Shown here piece by piece: positions 13,232 through 27,039 of a stretch of 64,000 nucleotides of DNA; the stretch's first letter is position 1, and the number at the start of each line of letters is the position of its first letter. The position numbers and the translations under genes were made by a program. Origin of the DNA: Octopus sinensis (Eukaryota); assembly GCF_006345805.1 (NCBI RefSeq), contig NC_042998.1, positions 163,990,001 to 164,054,000 on the forward strand, read 5' to 3'. The notes below the pieces were generated by a model, which did no database searches, was not told the DNA's origin, and worked only from the letters and a program-made list of their open reading frames with translations.

Positions 13232-13851
13232 AGCCACAAGTCGGAACAAATATTTTCACGAGGCATTTCCGACCCTGCCAAGTAATATCTGACCTAAAAT
13301 TTTCAAATCATCGCACTCGCGCCAAATTTATCGGCAGCAAATAAATATAAGCCGTCGATTCCATTACGGAATTAACCAGAAAATTCATAATTAATCAATA
13401 TGGCTTGATTTAATTTAATCAGGTTAGTTTACCATTAAACAGCAGACGAAACGGTGCATCGTAAGAAATTACAGGGTAAATGTTTTTTAAAATTTTCTCC
13501 TGTTTACGGAATTGACTTTTATTTGCGGTTGAAGCTTTGGCTGTTATTTCTAGTGGGTGAATGGCTATTATGGCCGTTCCTTGATGGTTGATGTTGAACT
13601 TAAAAATGGTCAATGACTATTTAATTTTTTCCCACTAGGCCGCTGGTGGCAAAAAAATTCTACAAAATTTTTTTGCCACCCTATATTGATTAATTATGAA
13701 TTTTCTGGTTAATTCCGTAATGGAATCGACGGCTTATATTTATTTGCTGCCGAAAATTTGGCGCGAGTGCGATGATTTGAAAATTTTAGGTAAGATATTA
13801 CTTGGCAGGGTCGGGAATGCCTCGTGAAAATATTTGTTCCGACTTGTGGCT

Positions 13852-13957
13852 ATTTCTTACTGAAGAATCTGAGGGCCTATGGAAAATTGGCTTGATTTAA
13901 TTTAATCAGGTAGTTTACCATTAAACAGCAGACGAAACGGTGCATCGTATAAGAAAT
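13852..13957 (+). ncRNA. Type I hammerhead ribozyme, array 1 (GUA site after 13949)
   Basis: AUUUCUUA-CUGAAGA-AUCUG-(long extended stem II)-CAGAC-GAAA-CGG-UGCA-UCG-UA^UAAGAAAU; 8-bp stem I. Confidence 0.82.
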
Positions 13958-14342
13958 ACAGGGTAAATTTTTTTTAAATTTTCTCCTGTTTACGGATTGA
14001 CTTTTATTTGCGTTGAGGTTGAAGAATTGGCTGTTATTTCTAGTGGGTGAATGGCCTATTATGGCCGTTCCTTGATTGTTGATGTTGAACTTAAAAATGG
14101 TCTATGACTATTTAATTTTTTCCACTAGGCCGCTTGGTGGCAAAAAAATTCTACAAAATTTTTTTGCCACCCTATATTGATTAATTATGAATTTTCTGGT
14201 TAATTCCGTAATGGAATCGACGGCTTATATTTATTTGCTGCCGATAAATTTGGCGCGAGTGCGATGATTTGAAAATTTTAGGTCAGATATTACTTGGCAG
14301 GTCGGAAATGCCTCGTGAAAATATTTGTTCCGACTTGTGGCT

Positions 14343-14448
14343 ATTTCTTACTGAAGAATCTGAGGGCCTATGGAAAATTGGCTTGATTAATTTAATCAGG
14401 TTAGTTTACCATTAAACAGCAGACGAAACGGTGCATCGTATAAGAAAT
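14343..14448 (+). ncRNA. Type I hammerhead ribozyme, array 1 (GUA site after 14440)
   Basis: Same motif as 13852-13957, located 491 nt downstream. Confidence 0.82.
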
Positions 14449-14665
14449 TACAGGGTAAATGTTTTTTAATTTCTCCTGTTTACGGAATTGACTTTTATTT
14501 GCGGTTGAAGCTTGGCTGTTATTTCTAGTGGGTGAATGGCCTATTATGGCCGTTCCTTGATTGTTGATGTTGAACTTAAAAATGGTCTATGACTATTTAA
14601 TTTTTTCCCACTAGGCCGCTGGTGGCAAAAAAATTCTACAAAATTTTTTTGCCACCCTATATTGA

Positions 14666-14697
<32 letters not shown>

Positions 14698-14789
14698 CAT
14701 ATACTATAATCTCTTATGATATGTACTATAAAAGGCAGATTTTCTTTGCCTGTGACTATGTTTGTTTTTAATACATTTGTACAATATAG

Positions 14790-15570
14790 AATTTCTTCAA
14801 TTGGAATTTACCTATGATTTTTCGAAGTAGATTCGATTGGGTCATGGCATATAAATTTTTTTCAATTTCACCCCCAATTAAGCAAAAATTCGAGAAAACT
14901 CAATATTTTACGATTTGCCTCTCTCATTTCAAATGCTTTACTCTTTCTATTACCACACTTTCTCCTACTTTCTCTTTGCAAGTGTACCTTAAACCACTAC
15001 TCAAAAAAATAGACAGGAAACAGAGAAAAAATTAATACATAACGATTTACTCCTCACACACACACACATAGACACGCAAACGTATACATCTACTTTCTCT
15101 TGGCAAACCACTCCTCAACAAAAAAAAAAAAAACAGAGGAAACAGAAACAAATAAATACATAACGATTTAATCCTCACACAATTTCTTCAATTGGAATTT
15201 ACCTATGATTTTTCGAAGTACATTCTATTGGGTCATGGCATATAATTCTTTTTCAATTTCACCCCCAGTTAAGTAAAAATTCGAGAAAACTCAATATTTT
15301 ACGATTTGCCTCTCTCATTTCAAATGCTTCACTCCTTCTATTACCACACTCTCTCCTACTTTCTCTTTGCAAGTGTACCTTAAACCACTACTCAAAAAAA
15401 ATTCAGACAGGAAACAGAGAAAAAAATAAATACATAACGATTTACTCCTCACACACACACATAGACACGCAAACATATACATATACTTTCTCTTTGCAAA
15501 CCACTCCTCAACAAAAAAAAAACAGAGGAAACAGAAACAAATAAATACATAACGATTTAATCCTCACACA
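14790..15570. repeat. Diverged tandem duplication, ~391-bp unit, with internal ~105-bp sub-repeats
   Basis: AATTTCTTCAATTGGAATTTACCTATGA starts at 14790 and at 15181; there are scattered substitutions between the copies. Confidence 0.85.
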
Positions 15571-15905
15571 CACACATAGACACGCAAACATATGCATATA
15601 TGACAGTGACAAACACAAACATTTCAAACAACTACATACAAACACTCAAACACACACACCTTCTTAGCTTACAATTTCTGTGTGCGTGTGTGCGTGCGTG
15701 TGTGTGTGTGTTGTGTGTGTGTCCGTGTGTGTGTGTGTCCGTGTGTGTGTGTCCGTGTGTGTGTGTGTGTGTGTGTGTGTAGGAAGTGAAGGATAAAAAT
15801 ATGGCAAGAACTGGACAGATGTACATATATACATACATCCATCCATACATACATGTGTGTGTGTGTGTGTTGTGTATGTATGTGTATTAATGTGTGTGTG
15901 TGTTA

Positions 15906-16269
15906 TCTCTCTATATAAAGCTGAAGTTGTCTGTGTGCGCCAGGTTTGGTAGCCTTCAACTAACACTATCTCCTCCGAGACCCTGCTATCATAGAAGAAG
16001 GGTTGCTCTTCCTTCCATAGAAGATAAAATTCAAATCGGACCATGTTACCACCAAAAATTATTTACATCAAAAAGGTGCTTTTATCTATGAAAATCCCTA
16101 TTTTTTACGAATTTTTCACTGCTGTGTCGCCACTTTTCGGTGTATTTCAACCAGAAAAATGTTCACTTGGAGAGAATAACAAGCTACATAATGCAAAATT
16201 TTTACTTTTCAAAAATTTCAATTCCAGCGGGTCGAAACAAACCCGAGCAACGCCGGGCGATACTGCTTA
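15906..16269 (+). mobile_element. Probable non-autonomous Helitron
   Basis: 5' TC-TCTCTATATAAAG start, and a 3' GC hairpin CCCGAGCAACGCCGGG followed ~10 nt later by a decayed CTRR (CTTA). No TIRs or TSD seen. Confidence 0.55.
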
Positions 16270-16279
16270 ATATATATAT

Positions 16280-16324
<45 letters not shown>

Positions 16325-16989
16325 GGAGAAGAGAGAGAGAGAAGGAGAGAGAGATTGAATGCTGGGATAGACTATAGGCGATATACCATGTTTGTGTCAG
16401 TGGCCAACATTTAATCCAACGAACCAGTCAGTCCGGCCTTTAATAGGCACTAAAGTGTAAAAACACACCAATGCAGTAGGCAGCGGCAAAAGTGATTGGT
16501 GGGAGCAGAGAGTTCAGTTTAATCCCTCCTGTAGCTATATAACCCCAGAAGTTATAATACAGGGCTCAGTCAGGCTGAATCATCAAAATACACATCACGA
16601 AAGCAGCTTCTTCAGTGGTGTAAATGCGACAATATAGGTTAAACGACTTACCACATTTGTTGGATGCAAGAATGTTTTCGCAGAATTTCTTTTAAATAAT
16701 TTGATGTTACAAACCCTGTGTATTCAATCTAGTCTAATAAAATAGAAAATTATTTAAGTGGAAAATATATTCATTTATAGAATTAATTAAAATTGCAACA
16801 TATTTCAAAGTAGGTAATAATTAAGTGATATGCTGCTCAGTTTAACATCTGGTTTCAGTTAATTCTTTCATTAGGATTCAGTCTATTGAAAGCATCTGAC
16901 TCCTTCCTCGATCGTCTTTATCTGCAGGTGTTTAGACAGGGTATCAGCGATACAGTTTCTAATGTAGAGATGAGGCTAGTCATTGTAAT

Positions 16990-17620
16990 GGGGTGGGGGT
17001 GGGGGAGATTAGTCGATTACACCGACTGACCTCAGTGCTCGATCGTTGCTTTAATTTATCGACCCTGTTGGGATGGAAGATAAAATTGACCTCGGTGGGA
17101 TTTGAACTCGAAACGTTAGAAAACAAGATAAAAAAAAGCTGTAGGGATTTTGTCCAGCGCTCAAAGGATTTTATAAATAACATTTACCGTTAAATTCCAA
17201 ATATCATAGCCAATTTGATTTTCGGGGCTAAATTGTTTGTAAAAATTATCAGTAGTTCAAATTTTGGAATAAGGCCGGAAATTTTATAAGAGAGGGTTAG
17301 TTGATTGCACCGACCCTAGTTCATGACTGGTACTTACTTTATCCATCCTGAACTGATGAAAGGCAAAGTTGACCTCGGCGGAATTTGACCGTAAAGATGG
17401 ACAAAATGCAGCTCGGTATTTTTTCTGAGGCGCTAACGATCAAACCAGCTTGTAAAACTTGTAATAATGGTTTCAAATTTTGGCACAAGGCCAGCAATTT
17501 TAGGGGAAATGTAAGTCAATTACATCGACCACAGTGCTTAACTGGCAGCTATTTTATCGACTCTGAAAGGATGAAAGGCAAAATCATGTATTATACAAAA
17601 TCCCAATTTTAATCTTTATT
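16990..17620 (-). mobile_element. Cluster of diverged fragments of the second SINE family (GAAAGGCAAAGTCGACCTCGGCGGAATTTGA motif)
   Basis: The motif recurs three times in degenerate form; same family as 44351-45287. Confidence 0.65.
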
Positions 17621-18066
17621 TTAGTAAGATAGCGAAAATAAAATATATGAACCGAGAAAAAGACATACAAGAACCTCCAAATATTTCTCATTTATGAGAT
17701 TCAGCTGTACTTACTGAATATTTGTCACATAGCATCAAATGATCTTCAATTATTAAAAAAAAAACAGTGTTCAAAAGTATTTCTCCTTCTCCCTTATCTT
17801 AATGCACGTCGGTATATAAATTTACATATATGTTTATAGCTTTACAACACTCCTATTCCTATCGTACATCATAGTCCCACTCCTGCTTGCGGCTGGATTT
17901 TTTACTCTCTGCGTAATTCATCACTGTCATTTCTTCCTCTCGCTTCACTGTTATTCTGGCCGCTGACAAAATAACAAACAACCTTTCTGCTTGGTTACCT
18001 TGCACCTTCTTATTTTACTCTATCATTTTCGTCATATATATATACAGTCAAAAACAAAAGATATTC

Positions 18067-20052
<1,986 letters not shown>

Positions 20053-20178
20053 ATATATATAATATATATATATAATATATATATATATTATATATATATT
20101 AATATATATATATATATATATATATGTATATTATATATATATATATATATATTATATATTTACGCACACACATATACG

Positions 20179-20465
20179 TACATATAAGAGGGATGACCAC
20201 TACGTGGGTATCTATTATGCTAGAAGTAGATCCGTTATGGTCTTACCACTATGAAAGGAAATTTAGCAAACGCCAGAACGTAAGCGAGCCAGGCAAATGA
20301 AAAGAAACAAAATCTATATTTTCTTTCTTTTCATTTGTCTTGCTCGCTTCTGTTCTGGTGTTTGCTAAATTTTCTTGAAAACATTCCTTTCTTAGTGGTA
20401 AGACCATTGCGGATTTACTTCTAGCATAATAGATACCCACGTAGTGGTCATCCCTCTTATATGTA
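20179..20465. repeat. ~287-bp fold-back (MITE-like or inverted pLTR)
   Basis: TACATATAAGAGGGATGACCACTACGTGGGTATCT.. is matched by its reverse complement ending at 20465. The arms are ~130 bp with a few mismatches and an indel. Confidence 0.85.
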
Positions 20466-20575
20466 TGTAATTTAATTTTTCTGAATCTTCAGATTTTAAT
20501 ATGCAAGACCACTGGTTTTAAATTGATATTAATTAAATTAACATACAATTTTCACCCTTACTATTTTAAATTTTG

Positions 20576-20680
<105 letters not shown>

Positions 20681-20699
20681 TCTATAATTTTAAGCATAA

Positions 20700-21204
20700 T
20701 TATAATTAGGGTTCAGCAAATTGCTTCACCACATACCGAAATTTAGAAATAGCAGTTAAATACTATTCCTCTACCATAAGATATCTCCCAGACAGCAATA
20801 CTCTCAATCCACGTAGGTAAAGACAAAAAAAAACAACAAATCCACCCGGCTTTGATCAACCGCATACGCATTTCTGGATTAAATAGATGTAAAATTTTAA
20901 ATTTTATTCACTTATTTCCGTCTTCAGTGTAGTATTCCAGTTGTAAATTTGAGAGTACAAGTAATTAAATACGTATTCGATCAAGCGACATCGAATAGCT
21001 GATATCCAAAAACCAGCACTTCCGAATTTATATAGACTAGTGAAAACTCGCATTCTTCCCCAATCACCCACGTGCGTTACGAGTAATCCTGCGGAAACTG
21101 CAGTTTACTATCAGGGAGTGAATTATATTTTCAATAATAACAAAGGGTAAAATTAATTAATTAATAATTAATAATTTTACCAAGTAGTTCGGTATGTTAT
21201 TATT

Positions 21205-21205
<1 letters not shown>
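20700..21205 (-). mobile_element. Interspersed element with a decayed HHR (20860-20932); relatives at ~11270-11330 and 37305-37570
   Basis: Shared start ATAATTAGGGTTCAGC..CACATACCGAA..TTAGAAATAG. The minus strand reads CUACA-CUGAAGA-CGGA..UCCA-GAAA-UGCG-UA^UGCGG. (TA)n flanks. Confidence 0.5.
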
Positions 21206-21247
<42 letters not shown>

Positions 21248-21254
21248 GTATTTA

Positions 21255-21600
21255 TATCTTTTGTTTTTTATTTGTTTCAGTTATTAAACTGCGGCCATGT
21301 TGGGGCACCGCCTTGAAAAATTTTTAGTCGGCTGAATCGACTCCAGTACTTTTTCAAAGCCTGACACTTATTATATCGGTCTCTTTTGCCGAACCGCTAA
21401 GTTACGAGAACTTAAACGAATCAACACTGGTTGTGAAGCGGTGGAGGGAGGACAAATACTGATACAATGTCAGTTTCCGTCTACCAAATCCACTCACAAG
21501 GCTTTGGTCGGCCCGAGGCTACAGTAGAAGGTGTCACGCATGGTTCCGAACCCAGAACCTTGTGGTAGGGAAGCAAGCTTCTTACCACACAGCCATGCCT
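21255..21600 (-). mobile_element. tRNA-derived SINE
   Basis: Same head, body and tail as 9998-10450. Confidence 0.85.
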
Positions 21601-21699
21601 CCGCATTCAACCATAGCATACGGACTTGTCCAAAACTACGAACCTACGAACTATCAATAGTTACCATTAAAATTCCATCTTCTATCGTTTATCATTAAC

Positions 21700-21987
21700 T
21701 TCTTTCAGCCATTGGACTGCGGCCATGCACCAGCATGGCCGCATTAAGTATGTCTCTGTATATGCATGGGTTTTAGTGGAGCAAATTTGACCACAGTACT
21801 TATTTTTTGAAGTCTGGTGCTTATTCTATTGATCCCTTATTATCGAACTGCTAAGTTTTAGAGACTTAAGCAAACCGACACCGAATTTCATACTGTTGTG
21901 TGTGTGGAGGGGAACAAACACATCGCAAACATATACAAACACGCATGCACGCGTGCGCGCATACGTACGCACACACACACGCACATG

Positions 21988-22021
<34 letters not shown>

Positions 22022-22032
22022 CACACACACAC

Positions 22033-22087
<55 letters not shown>

Positions 22088-22230
22088 ACGAGCTTCTTTC
22101 TCTTTCGGTCTTCCAAATCCACTCGCAAAGCTCTGGTCGGCCTGGGGCTATCGATGAAGCCGCTTGCTCAAGGTACCGTCCAGTGGAATTGAACCCAAGA
22201 CCATATGACTGGGAAGTAAGTTTTCTACAT
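21700..22230 (-). mobile_element. Diverged tRNA-derived SINE with an internal (CA)n expansion
   Basis: Body motifs GACTGCGGCCATG, CCAAATCCACTC and GGTCGGCCTGGGGCTAT. Confidence 0.75.
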
Positions 22231-23182
22231 AATTCAGTGAATTGAATCCCTGGAACCCATCCCTGTAGCTTATGCTACTGACACGAGGAGAACAGTAAAA
22301 CCTCGTCTGTCTGGTCTGCTAGTGAACCCTTATACGTCGTATAGTAACACATTTTATGTCGAACTCGAATGAACTTCTCTGGTAATTGCTTACTTGAGCG
22401 CTTAGTTTATTAGCTTCTTAGGTTAAATCGCTGTTTCTATCGTTGTGTTAAATCAGCAGTAAAAAGAGAATTAAATATAAGATCTCAAGTCAAATTTGTG
22501 TATGACAATATATTTTGCTAACAACATTTCCAACACCATGATCATGCCAAATACTATGTTCACATTATAGTGAGTGGCATATTTCAAGATTGCTTGAGCA
22601 AGCAAAATGTACGATATATTTGAAGATAAATAAAGCGTTTCTTTACAGCAATATAAAAGTTAAGTTTGAATGGGTGTCTGCCAGAGAAAAAGGTCAGCTA
22701 GGTGTATTACACTGTATTCTTAATAACTTACTCTCCAAGAATTATCAGCTTGCTGAATCGGCGAAGAGGTAAATGTTCCATAACATTGCCCCAGAAAGGT
22801 CTTGATCGTATCAAACCAAATGTTGTCATTTTCCCTCGTTCTTCTCCCTCTTTCATTCGTTCTTTCTTCTCTTTGCTTTTTTTCTTCTTTTCTTCTCCCT
22901 CGTTTTGTCTCTTCCTTCTTCTAGAGAAATAAATAAATAAAATAAATAAAAAAAGGACAAGAAAAGCAAGAGCGAATAAAAACAAAACGTGCGGAAAATG
23001 TCCGAAACAGTGAAATGCGGTGCGGAAACCGTTGAAGAATATTAATTCAGCGCTAGAGGAAAATCCTCGTTGGTTGGATTGTTTAGAAGATGATGGGCGC
23101 CAATATCTTTAAAATATGCTAGACTGCATACCTCGCTTTTTATTCGCAACAATACCATTGTTGCAATTGCAACGACAGGCAT

Positions 23183-23256
23183 TCATCATCATCATCATCA
23201 TCATCATCGTCATCGTTATCATCATCATCATCATCAACATTGTAAAAATCATCATC

Positions 23257-23301
<45 letters not shown>

Positions 23302-23340
23302 GGCAACATCATCATCATCATAATCATCATCATCATCGTC
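23183..23340. repeat. (CAT)n trinucleotide tract
   Basis: Read directly; it explains the poly-D, poly-M and poly-I ORFs. Confidence 0.95.
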
Positions 23341-24293
23341 TGAGTCATGACCGTAGTTGTCGCAGCTTCTACATAATCGCCACAACCTTTATCAATGCGA
23401 AACATCAGCAACAAAAGGAAGTAAGAAGGAGGAGGGAAAAGAGACGAAGAAACAAAACGAAAAATCTTAAAATGGCGCCAGAAATTACGTCGAGAGTTTC
23501 TTTTAGTGGCAGGCAGACTGGCAAGCAAGCAGTCAGTCAGGCAGTCTTATTGGAAATACAAAGTATATTTGACTGCGTAATGTCACATCAACATAAACCT
23601 CACGAGAGAATTCACTGAAAAATTATATATTTTCCCATGAATATTTCTAAAAATATAGACAGATAAATGTTTCTTATAATCAAATTAAGTATGTTCCAGC
23701 TCATTAAGTCTTACAAAGTCAGCTAAAGAACTGCAGCCATTTTATTGCAGCAGTTCATTACGTATTGCTATGTATGAGAGGTTTCAGCTGAGCAGACGAT
23801 AGCTTCTGCATTGGATCACTAAGTTTTTGAATAGATAGCTTGAACTCTTGTTGTTTGATCACATGAAAATCTATCTTTTACTTTTTTTTTTGGAAACATA
23901 GTAAACTACACGTAATAGAAAGGTTAGCAAACATGCGTTCTGTCGACAGAAGTATTCCTTTCATAGCAGCAAAGCATCACGGCATATCTTTCCTGACTTG
24001 TCGCAAGAAAGAGTGTAGTTTGATAATAATGTGGTCCGAAAGGAGAATCAAGTTTACCCTGCTGAGTCATAAGTAGAATTCTTTCTAGTTATAAAATGGA
24101 AGGAAGGAGAAAGAAAAAAAGAGAAAAAAAAAGGAAAGGAGAAAAGCTGGGAAGAAACTTATATCAGAAAGGGCTAACAGTTCAGGACTGAAACTAGATC
24201 TCATTACATCTCCTCTTTTGAATCTTTGTTCATTTTCGTTTTATTTTATTGCATCTATATAAGCGTACACGCACGCACGCACGCACGCACGCA

Positions 24294-24339
<46 letters not shown>

Positions 24340-25288
24340 CACACACACACACTATATATATATATATATATACTCACATGCATACATGTATATACATATA
24401 TATTTAATACACAGTACAGTGGCATTTCAACTTACATTAGTCCTGATACAAATACAGATTTTTACATTCACCCTCATATACATACATTCATACATACATA
24501 CATACATACATACATACATACATACGTAAATACATGCATGTGTGTGCGTATCTGTGTATCAGGTGTTTGAGTACATACATGTACGTGTGTACACATTACA
24601 CAAGTATACGTCTCTTTGTTTGAAAAACAAACACTCAATCATGTTCGACAGTACACGTTCATATACTTTATTCACACACACACACATACACAATACACAT
24701 ACTACACATACACATGCACACACATATACACACACTACGCATAATTGCATATATATATATATTAACCATACATTCTTAGACATAGACACGCATACACACG
24801 CCACAGTTGTTAGAAGACGAGATTTCTTTATACACATTTATAGAAGCTGTGTAAAGCAGTGAGTATATAAGCATGAGTGTGCTGGAAATTTTCACAGATG
24901 GTAGGATCTTAAGATCAATACAATACAGAACAGGCTATTCAAACATTAGGGAGCCCATATACTAATTGGGGAATTGTTTTTTCAGCCTCTCTCTGCCACA
25001 TCTGTTAAACTATTCTCCATGTATCTTGTTTGTTGTTATATGATTCTACATTCTCACCCAGCCATTCGTTCGCATAAGATAATACACACATACACACATG
25101 CGAGACACATACAGACTTATATACTTGCATGCATGCATATACATGCGTGTCTGTTACTTGTATTATGTAGATAAAACCTACATATATGTGTATATAAATG
25201 TGTTCGTGTGCGTATGGATACACACACACATACATACATACATGCATACATACACACACACACATATATATGCGTGTCTATATATATT

Positions 25289-25336
<48 letters not shown>

Positions 25337-25364
25337 ATATACACAGACACATATACAGTATATT

Positions 25365-25407
<43 letters not shown>

Positions 25408-25451
25408 TATATATACACATATAGTATACACATACGTTTATATATATTATG

Positions 25452-25482
<31 letters not shown>

Positions 25483-25893
25483 TATATATGTGTATTTATA
25501 TATATATATAAATACTCACATATATATATACACATATAGTATACACATACGTTTATATATATTATGTATGTAATGCATATACATATATAGTTACATATAT
25601 AACATGTATCTGTATGTATGTATTTACACTTATACTCATACACATACATATATAGGTGATTACGTAAACCCATAAAACTAACATAGACATGTATATGTGT
25701 ATCTCTCTCCCTCCCTCCCCCTCTCTTTATATATATATATAAGCGGTGCTCCAGCATGGCCACAGTCAAATGACTGAAACAAGTAAAAGAGTAAAAGAGT
25801 TTCCCTTCCGGTCAGTTCAATATGTGACCGCGTGTATATCGTTGGCGATTTTCTTTCTCCGTCTTCCCTTCCTTGGACATTTCTTTTTTCTAT

Positions 25894-25928
25894 GTTTCTG
25901 ATGAAGAGCTCCGCTCGAAACGTTAAAT
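25894..25928 (+). ncRNA. Minimal type I hammerhead ribozyme (GUU site)
   Basis: GUUU-CUGAUGA-A-GAGC-ucc-GCUC-GAAA-CG-UU^AAAU; palindromic AACGUU stem III and a short, weak stem I. Confidence 0.65.
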
Positions 25929-27039
25929 CTCCTTCTTTCTTTCCTTTCTTGAGCGTCCAATAAAAGTATACTTGTTCCACGTCCTCGCGTTGCTGTGCTT
26001 TTTTTTTGTTCATGTTTGGAGTAACTATATATATAGTATTTTATTGAAGCTGAAAAGAGTTTTATCTAACCGATCATCAGAGAGTTGTGAGTGTTTAGAA
26101 CAATGGAATGACTTAAAAGTAATTTATAAGTTTTCACAATTATCAACTCATCGAATAAAGATTGGATAGGGCAATTGCTTTCCAAAATAACGGGTATCTT
26201 TTGGGTGAATGCGATTGACAGTAACAAAAAAATATAAGCACTGATGCAAGTCGAAATTGAATTAAAATTATAACAGGTTCGTGCATATAATCTATACTCG
26301 TGTAAACGAGAAGGAAAAATACAGAGAATGAAAAAGATACCATCAGAAATAAAATGCCGTAAATAATCAAAATTAGGATTGAAATGGTTTTTGAAGATCG
26401 AAAATTAGAAATGAATACAAAGGTAAATGAGTATTACGAAAACTAAAGCCAATCCAAAAATATACGAAGAGAATAAATAAATGAACGAAAAATCTAAGCT
26501 TCCAATAAGGAAGGAAATATGAGGTCTTGAAAGAAAATAGAAAGAAACATATAATCGTAAAGAAGAGAGGGAGAAGAAAGGAAGGAGGGAAAGATATGAA
26601 AAAAAAAAGACAGAGAAAAGTTGAAACTGTAAGATACATGTTTGTAATATTATATGAACTGAGAGTCGTATAGTGAATGTTTATAACTTTAAATAAAGGA
26701 AAGGGAATAGCGATTAGAGAACATGCAATAGATAAGGAAATGAAATAGATAGAAAGAAAGCCCGAAAACACAGACACAGTGAAAGGTCAATCGAAAACAG
26801 GGAGAACTAAATTCAATTTCTAAATAGCATGTGCATAGGAAAAAATAAATATATCGAATAAACAGGTATGAAATAAGACATGCTCGATCCAATTTCTAAA
26901 AGTATATACGTAGAGAAAAATGTTTATCTATATACATATACATACGTACACACACATAATAATGAACGTGCGTGTAAGAATCGCCTTGGGCAATAAAAGA
27001 TCATATAAAAGAAGCAAAAGGAAAAATATTAGGTTAAAA

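Larger units (their letters stand above)
13002..14673 (+). mobile_element. Tandem array of a ~490-bp HHR-containing unit (retrozyme-like / PLE pLTR multimer) with a 5' inverted fragment
   Basis: Inverted partial copy 13002-13401, partial forward copy 13401-13682, full copies ~13683-14172 and ~14173-14658, then 15 nt of a further unit. (TA)n on both sides. Confidence 0.85.
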
